Notes under the pieces: model-generated
Seen by the model: the letters and a program-made list of their open reading frames with translations, nothing else
The model's database searches: none
Told to the model about the DNA's origin: nothing
Made by a program: the position numbers and the translations under genes
Source of the DNA: an uncultured delta proteobacterium
Lineage (GTDB): Bacteria; Myxococcota_A; Polyangia; Haliangiales; Haliangiaceae
Direction of reading: 5' to 3'
DNA length: 64,000 nt
Assembly (NCBI GenBank): GCA_963848295.1
Contig: CAWKDB010000010.1
Location: 1,888,001 to 1,952,000 of the forward strand
Shown here: positions 21,854 to 30,451 of the stretch, in pieces
Numbering within the stretch: position 1 is the first letter of the stretch
How the letters are laid out: the number at the start of each line of letters is the position of its first letter

Positions 21854-22449
21854 GCCCAGATCAACGGCTCGCGGCGCGTGGTCGGCTGCGCCGGAGCGGC
21901 GGGCACGCCGACGATGATCGGCGCGAACGTCGTCACGTCCGGTGGAATGCCGAGCTCGGCCTTCGTCGCCGGGTCACCGAGCGCGATCACCGCTAACCCG
22001 ATCGGACAGGTCGCGAGGCCCATCGCCGTCGCAGCGATCATCAGGTTCTCCGCGGCGAGCCAGCAGTCCGCGGTAACGAACGAGCTGCCCGGCCGTCCGC
22101 AGATCACGATCAGCGTGCCCGCGTTGTAGAAGATGTTGAACGCGGGATTACCGAACATCGCTGGTCGCCGCGGCGCCGAGGGCTCGCGCGCGAGCTCGCG
22201 ATGAGCCGCACCCTGCGGTGCGGCAACGAGCTCCTTCGCCCGGTCGGAGATCCGCCGGAGTAGTGCGGCGTCTTGGACGACGACGAACGCCCACGGCTCG
22301 ACATGCATCGCAGTGGGAGCGTGGACCGCCGCGGAGAGCAGCTCGCGAATCGCAGGCTCGGTGGCCAGATCGGGCGTGAAAGCACGCGTCGCGTGACGTG
22401 CGTAGATCGCATCGAGTGCGGACATCGTGGCGCGAGGAGACGTGATCAT
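21841..22449 (-). CDS. Nitroreductase family protein
   Basis: IYARHATRAF, APTAMHVEPWAF, AAENLMIAATAMGLATC. Confidence 0.9.
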   Translation of the reverse strand: MITSPRATMSALDAIYARHATRAFTPDLATEPAIRELLSAAVHAPTAMHVEPWAFVVVQDAALLRRISDRAKELVAAPQGAAHRELAREPSAPRRPAMFGNPAFNIFYNAGTLIVICGRPGSSFVTADCWLAAENLMIAATAMGLATCPIGLAVIALGDPATKAELGIPPDVTTFAPIIVGVPAAPAQPTTRREPLIWAWKR

Positions 22450-22461
22450 GACGACCACCGG

Positions 22462-22477
22462 TGCACACCGCGTACCT
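22462..22477 (-). promoter_or_regulatory. sigma54-type promoter of the nitroreductase
   Basis: AGGTACGCGGTGTGCA, 14 nt from ATG 22449. Confidence 0.65.
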
Positions 22478-22567
22478 TGTGGTTCGCGTGCTTTGCCGCC
22501 GGGGCGCGCAAGTCGTGCGCGTCGTCGCCAGCGCCCGCAAGGTGTGCGCGGAATTCGTTCGCCGCGC

Positions 22568-22583
22568 GGGCCTTGCGTTTGCA
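22568..22583 (+). promoter_or_regulatory. sigma54-type promoter of the mla-like operon
   Basis: GGGCCTTGCGTTTGCA, 15 nt from GTG 22597. Confidence 0.5.
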
Positions 22584-22596
22584 CTTCGGCCGACGG

Positions 22597-23709
22597 GTGA
22601 CCGTGTGGCACATCGATACGAGCCCGGGCCGGATCTCGCTGGCCGGCGCGTTCGGCACAGCGGAGGCCGCCGCGATATGGGCGGTGCTGCAGCGCCACGC
22701 CCGCGAGCTTCCCCGTGCCTGCGGCGTCGACCTCGAGCTCGCGAAGGCAACGACGATCGACGGGACCGTGATGGCTTTGCTCGTCGATCTCCGCGCGTCT
22801 CTTGCGCGCCGCGGCATCGCCGCGCGGATCACCGGCGCGAACGAGTCACTCGGCAGGCTTGTCCACCTCTACGGCGGTGATCGCGCGCCGAGCGAGGCAT
22901 CGACAGAGCACCGCGAGCCGGTGATCGCCCGCGTCGGCGGCGCGATCGCTGCTACGGCGCGGCGTGGCCGCGGTCTCGTCGAATTCGCCGGCGAGCTCGT
23001 GCACGGCGCGGTTGCGGTCATTCGGCAGCCCTCGATCGCTGGCTGGCGCGAGCTCGGCCCACTGGTCGCGCGCACGGGCGCAGACGGCATCGCGATCGTG
23101 CTCGTGCTCGATTTCTTGGTCGGCTTTGTCATGGCGTACCAGTCGACGCGTCAGCTACAGACGTATGGCGCGAACCTCTACGTCGCAGACATCGTCGGGA
23201 TTTCGATGCTACGCGAGCTCGCCCCGTTGATCACCGCGATCATCATCGCCGGCCGATCCGGTGCCGGCTTCGCCGCCGAGCTCGGCACGATGCGCGTCTC
23301 CGAAGAGATCGACGCGCTGCGTACGATGGGCATCGCGCCGGTGCCGTATCTCGTCGTTCCGCGCATCGTGGCGCTCGCGATCGCGGCGCCGGTGCTCGTG
23401 CTCGTCGGCGACCTCGCCGGGGTCATGGGTGGGCTCGTGGTCGGCGCGATGACCCTCGACGTCCATCCCCACGCATACCTGACCGAGCTGCGCGAGGTGA
23501 CCGTCGCGTCGGACCTGTGGACCGGCCTGGTCAAGAGCATCGCGTTCGGGATCGCGATCGCGATCATCGGCTGTCAGCAGGGCCTGACCACGCGCGGCGC
23601 GGCATCAGGCGTTGGCCGCAGTACGACGACGACCGTCGTCGCGTGCCTATTCATGCTGGTCGCGATCGATACCGGGCTGACCATGCTGTTCAGGGGAATC
23701 GGCGCATGA
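22597..23709 (+). CDS. MlaE-family ABC permease with N-terminal STAS domain
   Basis: RELAPLITAIIIAGRSG, AELGTMRVSEEIDALRTMG, VPRI; STAS-like N-terminus; start approximate. Confidence 0.9.
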   Translation: MTVWHIDTSPGRISLAGAFGTAEAAAIWAVLQRHARELPRACGVDLELAKATTIDGTVMALLVDLRASLARRGIAARITGANESLGRLVHLYGGDRAPSEASTEHREPVIARVGGAIAATARRGRGLVEFAGELVHGAVAVIRQPSIAGWRELGPLVARTGADGIAIVLVLDFLVGFVMAYQSTRQLQTYGANLYVADIVGISMLRELAPLITAIIIAGRSGAGFAAELGTMRVSEEIDALRTMGIAPVPYLVVPRIVALAIAAPVLVLVGDLAGVMGGLVVGAMTLDVHPHAYLTELREVTVASDLWTGLVKSIAFGIAIAIIGCQQGLTTRGAASGVGRSTTTTVVACLFMLVAIDTGLTMLFRGIGA

Positions 23710-24449
23710 CCGCCGCGCCCATGATCGTCGCGCGCGACCTGTCGATCGGCTGGTCAGAGGACGCCGTGCTACTCGAGCACGCGAGCTTCGACGTCCGGTG
23801 CGGTGAAATATTCGGCATCCTCGGACGCAGCGCGTGCGGTAAGTCGACGCTGCTGCGTGCGCTGATCGGCCTCGAGCCAGTGCTCGGTGGAGCGATCGAG
23901 ATCGCGGGCGTCGGTGCGCCTCAACTGACCTCGCGCCGCCCGGCGTTCGGCGTGATGTTCCAGCAGGGCGCGCTGTTCGGCTCGATGACGCTCGGAGAGA
24001 ACCTCGCCTTGCCGCTCGAGCGCTGGACCGACTTGCCGCGCGACGCGATCCGCGCTGTCGTACGCGCGAAGCTCGACCTGGTCGGGCTCGGTGGCGCCGA
24101 GCACGCAGCACCGTCGACCCTGTCCGGCGGCATGCGCAAGCGCGCCGCGATCGCCCGCGCGCTCGCCCTCGAGCCGCCGTTGGTGTTTCTCGACGAGCCA
24201 TCATCGGGGCTCGACCCGATCACGTCGGCCGAGATCGATCGGTTGATCGTGACGCTCGCCCGCACGCTCGGCCTCACGATCGTGTTGGTCACGCACGAGC
24301 TCGGCAGCATCGACGCGATCGTCGACTCCTGCATCCTGCTCGACCGCGGGTCCCGCAGCATCCTCGCTCGCGGCGCACCGCGCGAGCTGCGTGCGAGCGA
24401 CGTACCCGGCGTCCAGCACTTCTTCCGCCGTATCCCCGAGGCCGCATGA
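23706..24449 (+). CDS. MlaF-family ABC ATP-binding protein
   Basis: GRSACGKST, FQQGALF, LSGGMRKR, LDEPSSGLDP, VTHE. Confidence 0.92.
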   Translation: MTAAPMIVARDLSIGWSEDAVLLEHASFDVRCGEIFGILGRSACGKSTLLRALIGLEPVLGGAIEIAGVGAPQLTSRRPAFGVMFQQGALFGSMTLGENLALPLERWTDLPRDAIRAVVRAKLDLVGLGGAEHAAPSTLSGGMRKRAAIARALALEPPLVFLDEPSSGLDPITSAEIDRLIVTLARTLGLTIVLVTHELGSIDAIVDSCILLDRGSRSILARGAPRELRASDVPGVQHFFRRIPEAA

Positions 24450-25378
24450 CACTCGCCACGAATTTCAAGCTCGGGTTGTTCACGCTCGCCGGCGTCGGCG
24501 GGCTGGCAGCGGCCGCAGTGGTCCTCGGCCTACACGTTCGGAAGACGCCGACCACCGAGTACCACACGCTGTTCGACGAGTCGGTACAGGGCCTCGACCT
24601 CGGCGCGCCGGTCAAGTACCGAGGCGTCGAGATCGGCAGCGTCGCCGCAATCGCGGTCGCGACTGACCGCCGCCATATCGACGTCGCGATGGCCATCGAT
24701 AGTCGCCACAGTAGCCAGCTGGACCTCGCCGCAGCCCCGCCGGCGCTGCACGCACATCTCGCGAGCCAGGGACTAACGGGCGTGAAGTTCGTCGATCTCG
24801 ACTTTGCCAGCGCGGACGAGTCCACAGAGACAATCATCGCGCCGCAGGCCAACGGAGTCGTTTATCTTCCGTCGCAGCCCTCGCTTGCCGCGCGGCTCGA
24901 AGACGAAGGTTTGCGGCTGGGTCGCTCGCTGCCGGTGCTTGCCGACGATGCGATCGCTACGCTGCACCGACTCGACGGAATGCTCGACGACATCCGCGGC
25001 CAGCGCGTGCCGGAGCGCGTCGCGACGCTGCTCGACCATGCGCGCGCCGCGATCGATGACGTTCGCCGGCTGACCCCGAGCGCCGCCGCGCTATTCCAGC
25101 ACCTCGATGTGCTCGCAGCCGACTCCGACGCAACGGTCGGCGGCGTGCGTCAGCTCGTCGGGCATATCGACGCCCGTGACGGGCTCGCCGTGAGTGCGCA
25201 ACGCGCCACCGATGCACTCGGTGAGCTCGGCCACCGCGGGCTCGAGTCGACCCGTGATCTGCAACATACGATCGATGACGTCGGCCAAGCAGCGCGCGCG
25301 CTCCGCGCGTTCGTCGACGAGCTCGAACGCGATCCCGACATGCTCGTCAAGGGCCACGCCCGATCGAGGCGACCGTGA
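24446..25378 (+). CDS. MlaD/MCE family protein
   Basis: FKLGLF TM anchor, ESVQGLDLGAPVKYRGVEIGSV, GLTG, LERDP. Confidence 0.9.
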   Translation: MTLATNFKLGLFTLAGVGGLAAAAVVLGLHVRKTPTTEYHTLFDESVQGLDLGAPVKYRGVEIGSVAAIAVATDRRHIDVAMAIDSRHSSQLDLAAAPPALHAHLASQGLTGVKFVDLDFASADESTETIIAPQANGVVYLPSQPSLAARLEDEGLRLGRSLPVLADDAIATLHRLDGMLDDIRGQRVPERVATLLDHARAAIDDVRRLTPSAAALFQHLDVLAADSDATVGGVRQLVGHIDARDGLAVSAQRATDALGELGHRGLESTRDLQHTIDDVGQAARALRAFVDELERDPDMLVKGHARSRRP

Positions 25379-25950
25379 TCCGCGGGTTCTCGATCGGGTT
25401 GCTGGCGCTGTCGGCATGCGCCCTGACGTCGAAGGCGGAGCCGCGCGAATTGCGCTTCTTCGCGCCTGAGCTCGCAGAGGTTACGCCGGCGGTCGGCGAG
25501 CCATGTGCGCGCGTCCGACTCGATCGAGTGACAGCGGGTTCCGAGCTCCGACTCGCGATCGAGCGCCGCGTTTCCAACGTGGAGCTCGAGCCCTACGAGA
25601 CTTTGAGGTGGATCGAGGCTCCGGACGCATACGCGCGACGCGCGGTCGCGCGCGCATTGTTCGCGCGCCCACTCGCCGAGGCGATCACCGGACCGAGCCT
25701 CGTGCTCGACATCGACGTGACGGCGTTCGAGGAGCTCGCGCATGCCGGTCATCACGCCGGGGTCGTGGCGTTGCACTACGAGCTGCGAGACGACCGCGAG
25801 GTCATCGCTCGTGGCGACGTGCGCGATGAGCGCCCTGCGGCCGACGCGTCGATCGAAGCTGTCGTCCGTGCAATCGGTGAGGCATTGATTGCGTCAGGGG
25901 ACGATCTCGCAGGCCGCATCGTCGCGGCAGCCTGCCCCGCCCGACCGTGA
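25375..25950 (+). CDS. ABC-type auxiliary lipoprotein (PqiC-like)
   Basis: Lipobox LSAC; YETLRWIEAP; last gene of the MCE operon. Confidence 0.75.
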   Translation: MIRGFSIGLLALSACALTSKAEPRELRFFAPELAEVTPAVGEPCARVRLDRVTAGSELRLAIERRVSNVELEPYETLRWIEAPDAYARRAVARALFARPLAEAITGPSLVLDIDVTAFEELAHAGHHAGVVALHYELRDDREVIARGDVRDERPAADASIEAVVRAIGEALIASGDDLAGRIVAAACPARP

Positions 25951-25962
25951 AGCCGCGGCGAG

Positions 25963-26886
25963 CTAGTGACGCGCCACGACTGCCGAATGCCAGCGCTCGG
26001 TCGGCGCTGCGGTCGAGAACATCGGGATCCGGCCGGTGCTCGCAGGTTCGACCTCGGGCGTCGCGGCCGAGATCGCCCGTGCGAACTGTGGAGCGCTGCG
26101 AAAGCGTGCGACCGGTGCCTTCTCGAGAGCGCGCAGAATGACACGCTCGATCGCGACGGGGATCGTGCGGTCTGGACAGCGCAGGCTTGGTGGGACGACA
26201 TCGTCCTCGAGGTGGCGCATCAGGATCTCGCGTGACGCACCACCGGCGAACGGCGTCGTGCCCGTGAGCAGCTCGTACAGCAGCGCGCCGACCGAGTAGA
26301 GATCCGACTCGAGCACGGCCCCCTCGCCGCGGATCACTTCCGGCGCCATGTAGTCGGGCGTCCCGGACGCCAAGCCGTCGCGTGCTGGCGCAACCTCTGA
26401 ACGCGACCGCATCAGCCCGAGATCGATCAGCGTCACGCGATCGCCGTCGTCGATCAGGACGTTCTCGGCCTTGACGTCGCCGTGAACGAAGCCTGCAGCG
26501 TGAATCGCGTGTAGACCCGCGAGCACCTGCCGAATGATCGCGGAGATGCGGCCGAGTGCGAGCGGTGCTTGCTCGACGAGGACGTCGCGCAGCGAGCGAC
26601 CGGGCGCCAGCTCCATCACGAGATACGGCTCGCGACCGGGCGTAGTCCCCCACGCCCTGACCGCGACGACGTTGCTGTGCGAGATCCGGCCGATCGCGCG
26701 CGACTCGCCCCGCAGGTCGCTGCGGGCGACCGGGTCCGACAGGAGCTCGGACCGCAGGACCTTGACCGCGACATCGCAGCCGCGCTCGAGATCGCGGGCC
26801 CGATAAACCACGCCCATCCCACCGGCGCCGATCAGCGGGCCGACCTGATAGCGACCCGCGAGTAGGCTCGTAGTCTCCTCCGGCAC
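25963..26886 (-). CDS. Hanks-type Ser/Thr protein kinase (kinase domain only)
   Basis: IGAGGMGVVY, VAVK, HGDVKAEN, DLG, GTPDYMAPE; GTG 26886 chosen because the sigma54 motif overlaps the TTG given in the ORF track. Confidence 0.9.
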   Translation of the reverse strand: MPEETTSLLAGRYQVGPLIGAGGMGVVYRARDLERGCDVAVKVLRSELLSDPVARSDLRGESRAIGRISHSNVVAVRAWGTTPGREPYLVMELAPGRSLRDVLVEQAPLALGRISAIIRQVLAGLHAIHAAGFVHGDVKAENVLIDDGDRVTLIDLGLMRSRSEVAPARDGLASGTPDYMAPEVIRGEGAVLESDLYSVGALLYELLTGTTPFAGGASREILMRHLEDDVVPPSLRCPDRTIPVAIERVILRALEKAPVARFRSAPQFARAISAATPEVEPASTGRIPMFSTAAPTERWHSAVVARH

Positions 26887-26898
26887 GCGGGGAGTCAG

Positions 26899-26914
26899 AG
26901 CATGCAACGTGCCG
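26899..26914 (-). promoter_or_regulatory. sigma54-type promoter of the kinase
   Basis: CGGCACGTTGCATGCT, 14 nt from GTG 26886. Confidence 0.6.
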
Positions 26915-26962
26915 GGTTGGTCATCGCGAGGTTGTCACATCGGTATATCGATTATTCGCGAA

Positions 26963-26994
26963 CGCTTTGCAGTGCCGACGCCGCGCTTTGCAGT
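26963..26994. repeat. 11-bp direct repeat CGCTTTGCAGT, period 21 bp
   Basis: Copies at 26963-26973 and 26984-26994, between divergent sigma54 motifs. Confidence 0.7.
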
Positions 26995-27031
26995 TCCCGC
27001 GCGATCGACCGCGCGCCACCTCACGGCTCAC

Positions 27032-27047
27032 CGGCACGACCGATGCA
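27032..27047 (+). promoter_or_regulatory. sigma54-type promoter of the CBS gene
   Basis: CGGCACGACCGATGCA. Confidence 0.7.
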
Positions 27048-27062
27048 GCCTCCGTAACTGCC

Positions 27063-27452
27063 ATGTTGATCCCACCGATCTCGCGCTATATGACTCCGAC
27101 TCCGTTCGTCATCGAAGAACGGATGCGTTTGACCGAGGCCGGTGAGCTGATGCGCGAGCACCGCGTAGGTCACCTTCCCGTGGTCGACCATGGCCGACTT
27201 GTCGGGCTTGTCTGCAAGCACGACCTGCTGCGTATCCATAGTCCAGATGACGTCGTGCAGGATGCGATGTCTCCGGCGACGACCGTCGGTGCGGCCACGC
27301 CGATCGATGAGGTCGTCGCGCTGATGGAGACCAAGCAAGCCGGTTCGGTCGTTGTCGTCCAGGATGCCGACGTCACCGGTATCTTCACTCGCACCGATGC
27401 CATGCGCGCGCTCGTCGATCTACTCCGCCACACCGGCGAGAGCGAGCGGTAA
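27063..27452 (+). CDS. CBS-domain pair protein
   Basis: ISRYMT, MREHRVGHLPVVDHGRLVGLV, VTGIFTRTD. Confidence 0.9.
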   Translation: MLIPPISRYMTPTPFVIEERMRLTEAGELMREHRVGHLPVVDHGRLVGLVCKHDLLRIHSPDDVVQDAMSPATTVGAATPIDEVVALMETKQAGSVVVVQDADVTGIFTRTDAMRALVDLLRHTGESER

Positions 27453-27470
27453 CCCCGGCCGTCGCGCCGC

Positions 27471-27515
27471 GGTGACCTGATCGAGCTCGCATCCGGAGAC
27501 CTCGTCCCCGCCGAT
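27471..27515 (+). pseudogene. P-type ATPase actuator-domain fragment
   Basis: An isolated in-frame GDLIELASGDLVPAD in a 67-bp intergenic gap. Confidence 0.55.
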
Positions 27516-27519
27516 GATC

Positions 27520-27747
27520 CTAGCGCCGTCGCAACGCGCGCACCGCGAGCATGCCTATGCCGATCGCGACGAGGATCGCGACTGTCGGGTGGTCCGCAAC
27601 CGCATTTACGAGCTTGCGGCCAGGGGCTGGTTCGCGGCGGTCTCTGCGAAAGTCCGCGACCTCGCCGGCGATCGCGTCATAGAAGCCGGTGAGATCGGTG
27701 GCGAGTCTATCGAGACGGGTGCCCAACGTGACATTCGATTCCATCAT
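27520..27747 (-). CDS. Small tail-anchored membrane protein (ElaB/DUF883-like)
   Basis: C-terminal VADHPTVAILVAIGIGML...LRRR; sigma54 motif 15 nt upstream. Confidence 0.65.
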   Translation of the reverse strand: MMESNVTLGTRLDRLATDLTGFYDAIAGEVADFRRDRREPAPGRKLVNAVADHPTVAILVAIGIGMLAVRALRRR

Positions 27748-27760
27748 GTAAACCCGTCCA

Positions 27761-27776
27761 AGCACGGCCCGTGCCG
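27761..27776 (-). promoter_or_regulatory. sigma54-type promoter
   Basis: CGGCACGGGCCGTGCT. Confidence 0.7.
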
Positions 27777-27813
27777 GAGCGCGTCGTGTGCTCGACAACG
27801 AGCCCGCGGGCGA

Positions 27814-28521
27814 TCATCTGTCTCTCAACATGGAGTGACAGTGCGCGCACGTAATAAGGATCCGACCGAACAATTCCGCACGAGCGTCCTGCGTTGGCGT
27901 GTCGAGCGCGCGGTTCGCGTACAGCTTGATGCGAGCGACGTCGTCGATATCGTCGTCGGGTGAACGCGTCGACCGCTGAGCGAGGATGCTCGCGGGCATC
28001 TTCGTCAGACCCGAGGCGCCGGTCTGCCACAGATCATCGGCGGGTCCGATCACTCCCTGCCACATCTGGAGTGCCGACCATTGATGACCCGCCATGTCGC
28101 TTGCGAGCGTGTCACGGACAATCGGTGGACGCGCGGCGGGGAAAGTGACGTGCGCCCCGGTCGCCTCGTGGCATTGGCCGCAAGCACGTCCGAGGGCAGC
28201 CGCACTCTCCGCCGCGGAGTCGAGACCCGTAGCGATCGCAATGCGATGTGCGTCGGTACGGACTACTTGAAGATACGGTTGCCACTGCGCGAGGATCTCG
28301 GGTTCGTCGAAGTCGAGCGTGTGCGCGTCCGCGCGAGCCGTATAGAGATCGCTGTGGGCGATCGCCTTCTCCATCTCCATCGCTGCGCTGTACCGAAGGT
28401 GCATCTCCTGCTCGGCGGCAAGGATGCTCGACGCGAGGGAAGGATCGCGCGTCGCAGGCACCAAGTCGTGGGTCTCGCACGCCGCTAGACACGCAACGCA
28501 GACTGAGATCGACCGGATCAT
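27814..28521 (-). CDS. Di-heme c-type cytochrome lipoprotein (paralog 2)
   Basis: Lipobox LAAC; CGQCH and CAHCH. Confidence 0.82.
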   Translation of the reverse strand: MIRSISVCVACLAACETHDLVPATRDPSLASSILAAEQEMHLRYSAAMEMEKAIAHSDLYTARADAHTLDFDEPEILAQWQPYLQVVRTDAHRIAIATGLDSAAESAAALGRACGQCHEATGAHVTFPAARPPIVRDTLASDMAGHQWSALQMWQGVIGPADDLWQTGASGLTKMPASILAQRSTRSPDDDIDDVARIKLYANRALDTPTQDARAELFGRILITCAHCHSMLRDR

Positions 28522-28533
28522 GCCTCGCGCTAC

Positions 28534-28549
28534 AGCACGCGACGTGCCG
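28534..28549 (-). promoter_or_regulatory. sigma54-type promoter
   Basis: CGGCACGTCGCGTGCT, 14 nt from the ATG. Confidence 0.7.
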
Positions 28550-28750
28550 ACCGGAACGCGAGGATCCGACCGCGTTTGCGCAATCGCTGCTGCACGATCC
28601 TGCCATCGCGCAAGCCGTGCGGACCTTCATCGCTACTCGACCCCTCCGGTTTCGTAGCGGGACTCGAGCCGCGATCGCGCACATCTCGCGTGGCGCCGAA
28701 CAAGGAACGTGATTCGTTCGCGATGTGCGTGCACTGCGGCCCTCACTCAC

Positions 28751-28766
28751 TGGCGCGCACCTTGCT
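28751..28766 (+). promoter_or_regulatory. sigma54-type promoter of the BON gene
   Basis: TGGCGCGCACCTTGCT. Confidence 0.72.
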
Positions 28767-28801
28767 CTTGGCTCGTTCACACCCTTCAAGGAGCAATCGA
28801 G

Positions 28802-28877
28802 ATGACCGACATCGTAAAGAAGGCGAGGCGCCCAGGCCAAGAAAATCGCGATCTCGACCGGCACTTCAAAGTCGTAG
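28802..28877 (+). pseudogene. Possible Hsp20 deletion scar
   Basis: AAGGAG RBS plus MTDIVKK, then in another frame AQAKKIAISTGTSKS* (IxI-type tail); no alpha-crystallin domain. Confidence 0.4.
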
Positions 28878-28887
28878 GGAGGACACC

Positions 28888-29544
28888 GTGAAAACCGATA
28901 GCCAGATCCAGCAAGATGTTCTGAACGAGCTCAAGTGGGATACCCGCGTCGCGCCGAACGAAGTCGGCGTCGAAGTCGGCAACGGCATCGTCACGCTGAC
29001 CGGGACTGTTTCGAGCTATGCAAAGAAGCTCGCGGCAGAGGAGGCAGCGCACCACGTTCTCGGCGTCTTGGACGTCGCGAACGATCTCGCCGTGAAGCTC
29101 GCGCCCGATGCGAAGCCTGACGATACGGAGATCGCCGCAGCGGTTCGCCAGGCCCTCCAATGGGACGTATTCGTACCGGATGACAAGATCCAGACGACGG
29201 TCGCCCACGGGTTCGTCACGCTGCAAGGCACGGTCGAGTACGCGTCGCAGCGTCACGATGCGGCGCGAGCGGTCCAGAACCTCGCCGGCGTATGTGCGAT
29301 CGACAACCTGATCAAGGTCAAACGAGTCGACGTCCAGAAGCCGATGCTCAAGACCGCGATCCACGATGCGCTAGAACGCCGGGCGGAACGAGACGCGGAC
29401 CGAATCCAGCTCCAGATCGACGCGGGTCACGTCACCCTGTCGGGCACCGTGCACTCCTGGAGCGAGCGCCAAGCGGTCGTGGGCGCGGCGTGGGGCACGC
29501 GCGGCGTCGAGATGGTCACGGACGAGTTGCACATCTCGCCGTAG
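28888..29544 (+). CDS. Triple BON-domain protein (OsmY-like)
   Basis: Three repeats of D..I...V...L...G.VTL.GTV...A....GV..V.N.L; GGAGG RBS before GTG. Confidence 0.92.
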   Translation: MKTDSQIQQDVLNELKWDTRVAPNEVGVEVGNGIVTLTGTVSSYAKKLAAEEAAHHVLGVLDVANDLAVKLAPDAKPDDTEIAAAVRQALQWDVFVPDDKIQTTVAHGFVTLQGTVEYASQRHDAARAVQNLAGVCAIDNLIKVKRVDVQKPMLKTAIHDALERRAERDADRIQLQIDAGHVTLSGTVHSWSERQAVVGAAWGTRGVEMVTDELHISP

Positions 29545-29645
29545 TTCAAGCGTCGGTCCGCCGACCCACGATCCTGTGGCTGTCGCTCAGCTCCCATCGC
29601 GGCCTGGCGCCGATGTCGATCCAAACCCGGGTCCGGGCGACTCGG

Positions 29646-30353
29646 CTAATCGCGCTTCTGCTTGTCGGCAACGGCGTGGCAGCCCGCGCAGGTGACGAGC
29701 AGCTCGCCGTAGGCAGTCGCCCGGTCGGCTGCAGTATCGGTTGACCCTCGCTTGCGTGCGCGGTCTGCAACGTCGTGGATTCGACGAGCGAGGAGCGAGC
29801 GGTCGGCGTCGTCGGCCGGCCATGGAAGCGGTGCCTGTGCGAGCACGTCGAGCCCAGCCCGCCACGGATCATCGACAGCGCCGATCACGCCTTCGCGGAC
29901 GCGCTCGACGGCCCAGAGGTGGCGCATCATGCGGGCTTCAACGGTCGGTCGGTCCGGCGGCAGCTCGGGCGGGATGCGAAACTCGGGCACCGCGTTCGTA
30001 TCGACGTGGCAATTCGCGCAGGCCTCGGCCAACCTCGCCGTTCGGCGGCACGCCTCGTCGACGCTGGTCGCATTCGCGAGCGCGGTTGCACGGTCCCGAA
30101 CGAGCGCAGCTTGAGTCGCCCACGCCGACAGTCCGGCTTCATCAGGCGCGATACCGATCGAGCGTGCGAGATCGCGAGCTTCGTCGAGCTTGCCGTGAAC
30201 CAGGAGATGCTCGATCGCCCCGAACATCGAGTAGCTCTCGTGCATGTGAAAGCGCGCCATCATATCGTGCTCGAACTGCTTGCTCGGCGGTTGGTCGGCG
30301 TAGCTCGTACCACAGGCGATCAGCGCGAGCATGAGGAGTGGGCTTGGGCGCAT
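29646..30353 (-). CDS. Di-heme c-type cytochrome lipoprotein (paralog 3)
   Basis: Lipobox LIAC; CANCH and CAGCH. Confidence 0.82.
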   Translation of the reverse strand: MRPSPLLMLALIACGTSYADQPPSKQFEHDMMARFHMHESYSMFGAIEHLLVHGKLDEARDLARSIGIAPDEAGLSAWATQAALVRDRATALANATSVDEACRRTARLAEACANCHVDTNAVPEFRIPPELPPDRPTVEARMMRHLWAVERVREGVIGAVDDPWRAGLDVLAQAPLPWPADDADRSLLARRIHDVADRARKRGSTDTAADRATAYGELLVTCAGCHAVADKQKRD

Positions 30354-30365
30354 GTTCGTACCTCG

Positions 30366-30381
30366 TGCACGCTCCGTTCCC
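30366..30381 (-). promoter_or_regulatory. sigma54-type promoter
   Basis: GGGAACGGAGCGTGCA, 14 nt from the ATG. Confidence 0.6.
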
Positions 30382-30451
30382 GCTGGTGCCGGCCCAAGCG
30401 CGCAATCCTTGCGTCTCTGCGGTTCGCTCCGCAGTCAATGCGCGAAGGTCG

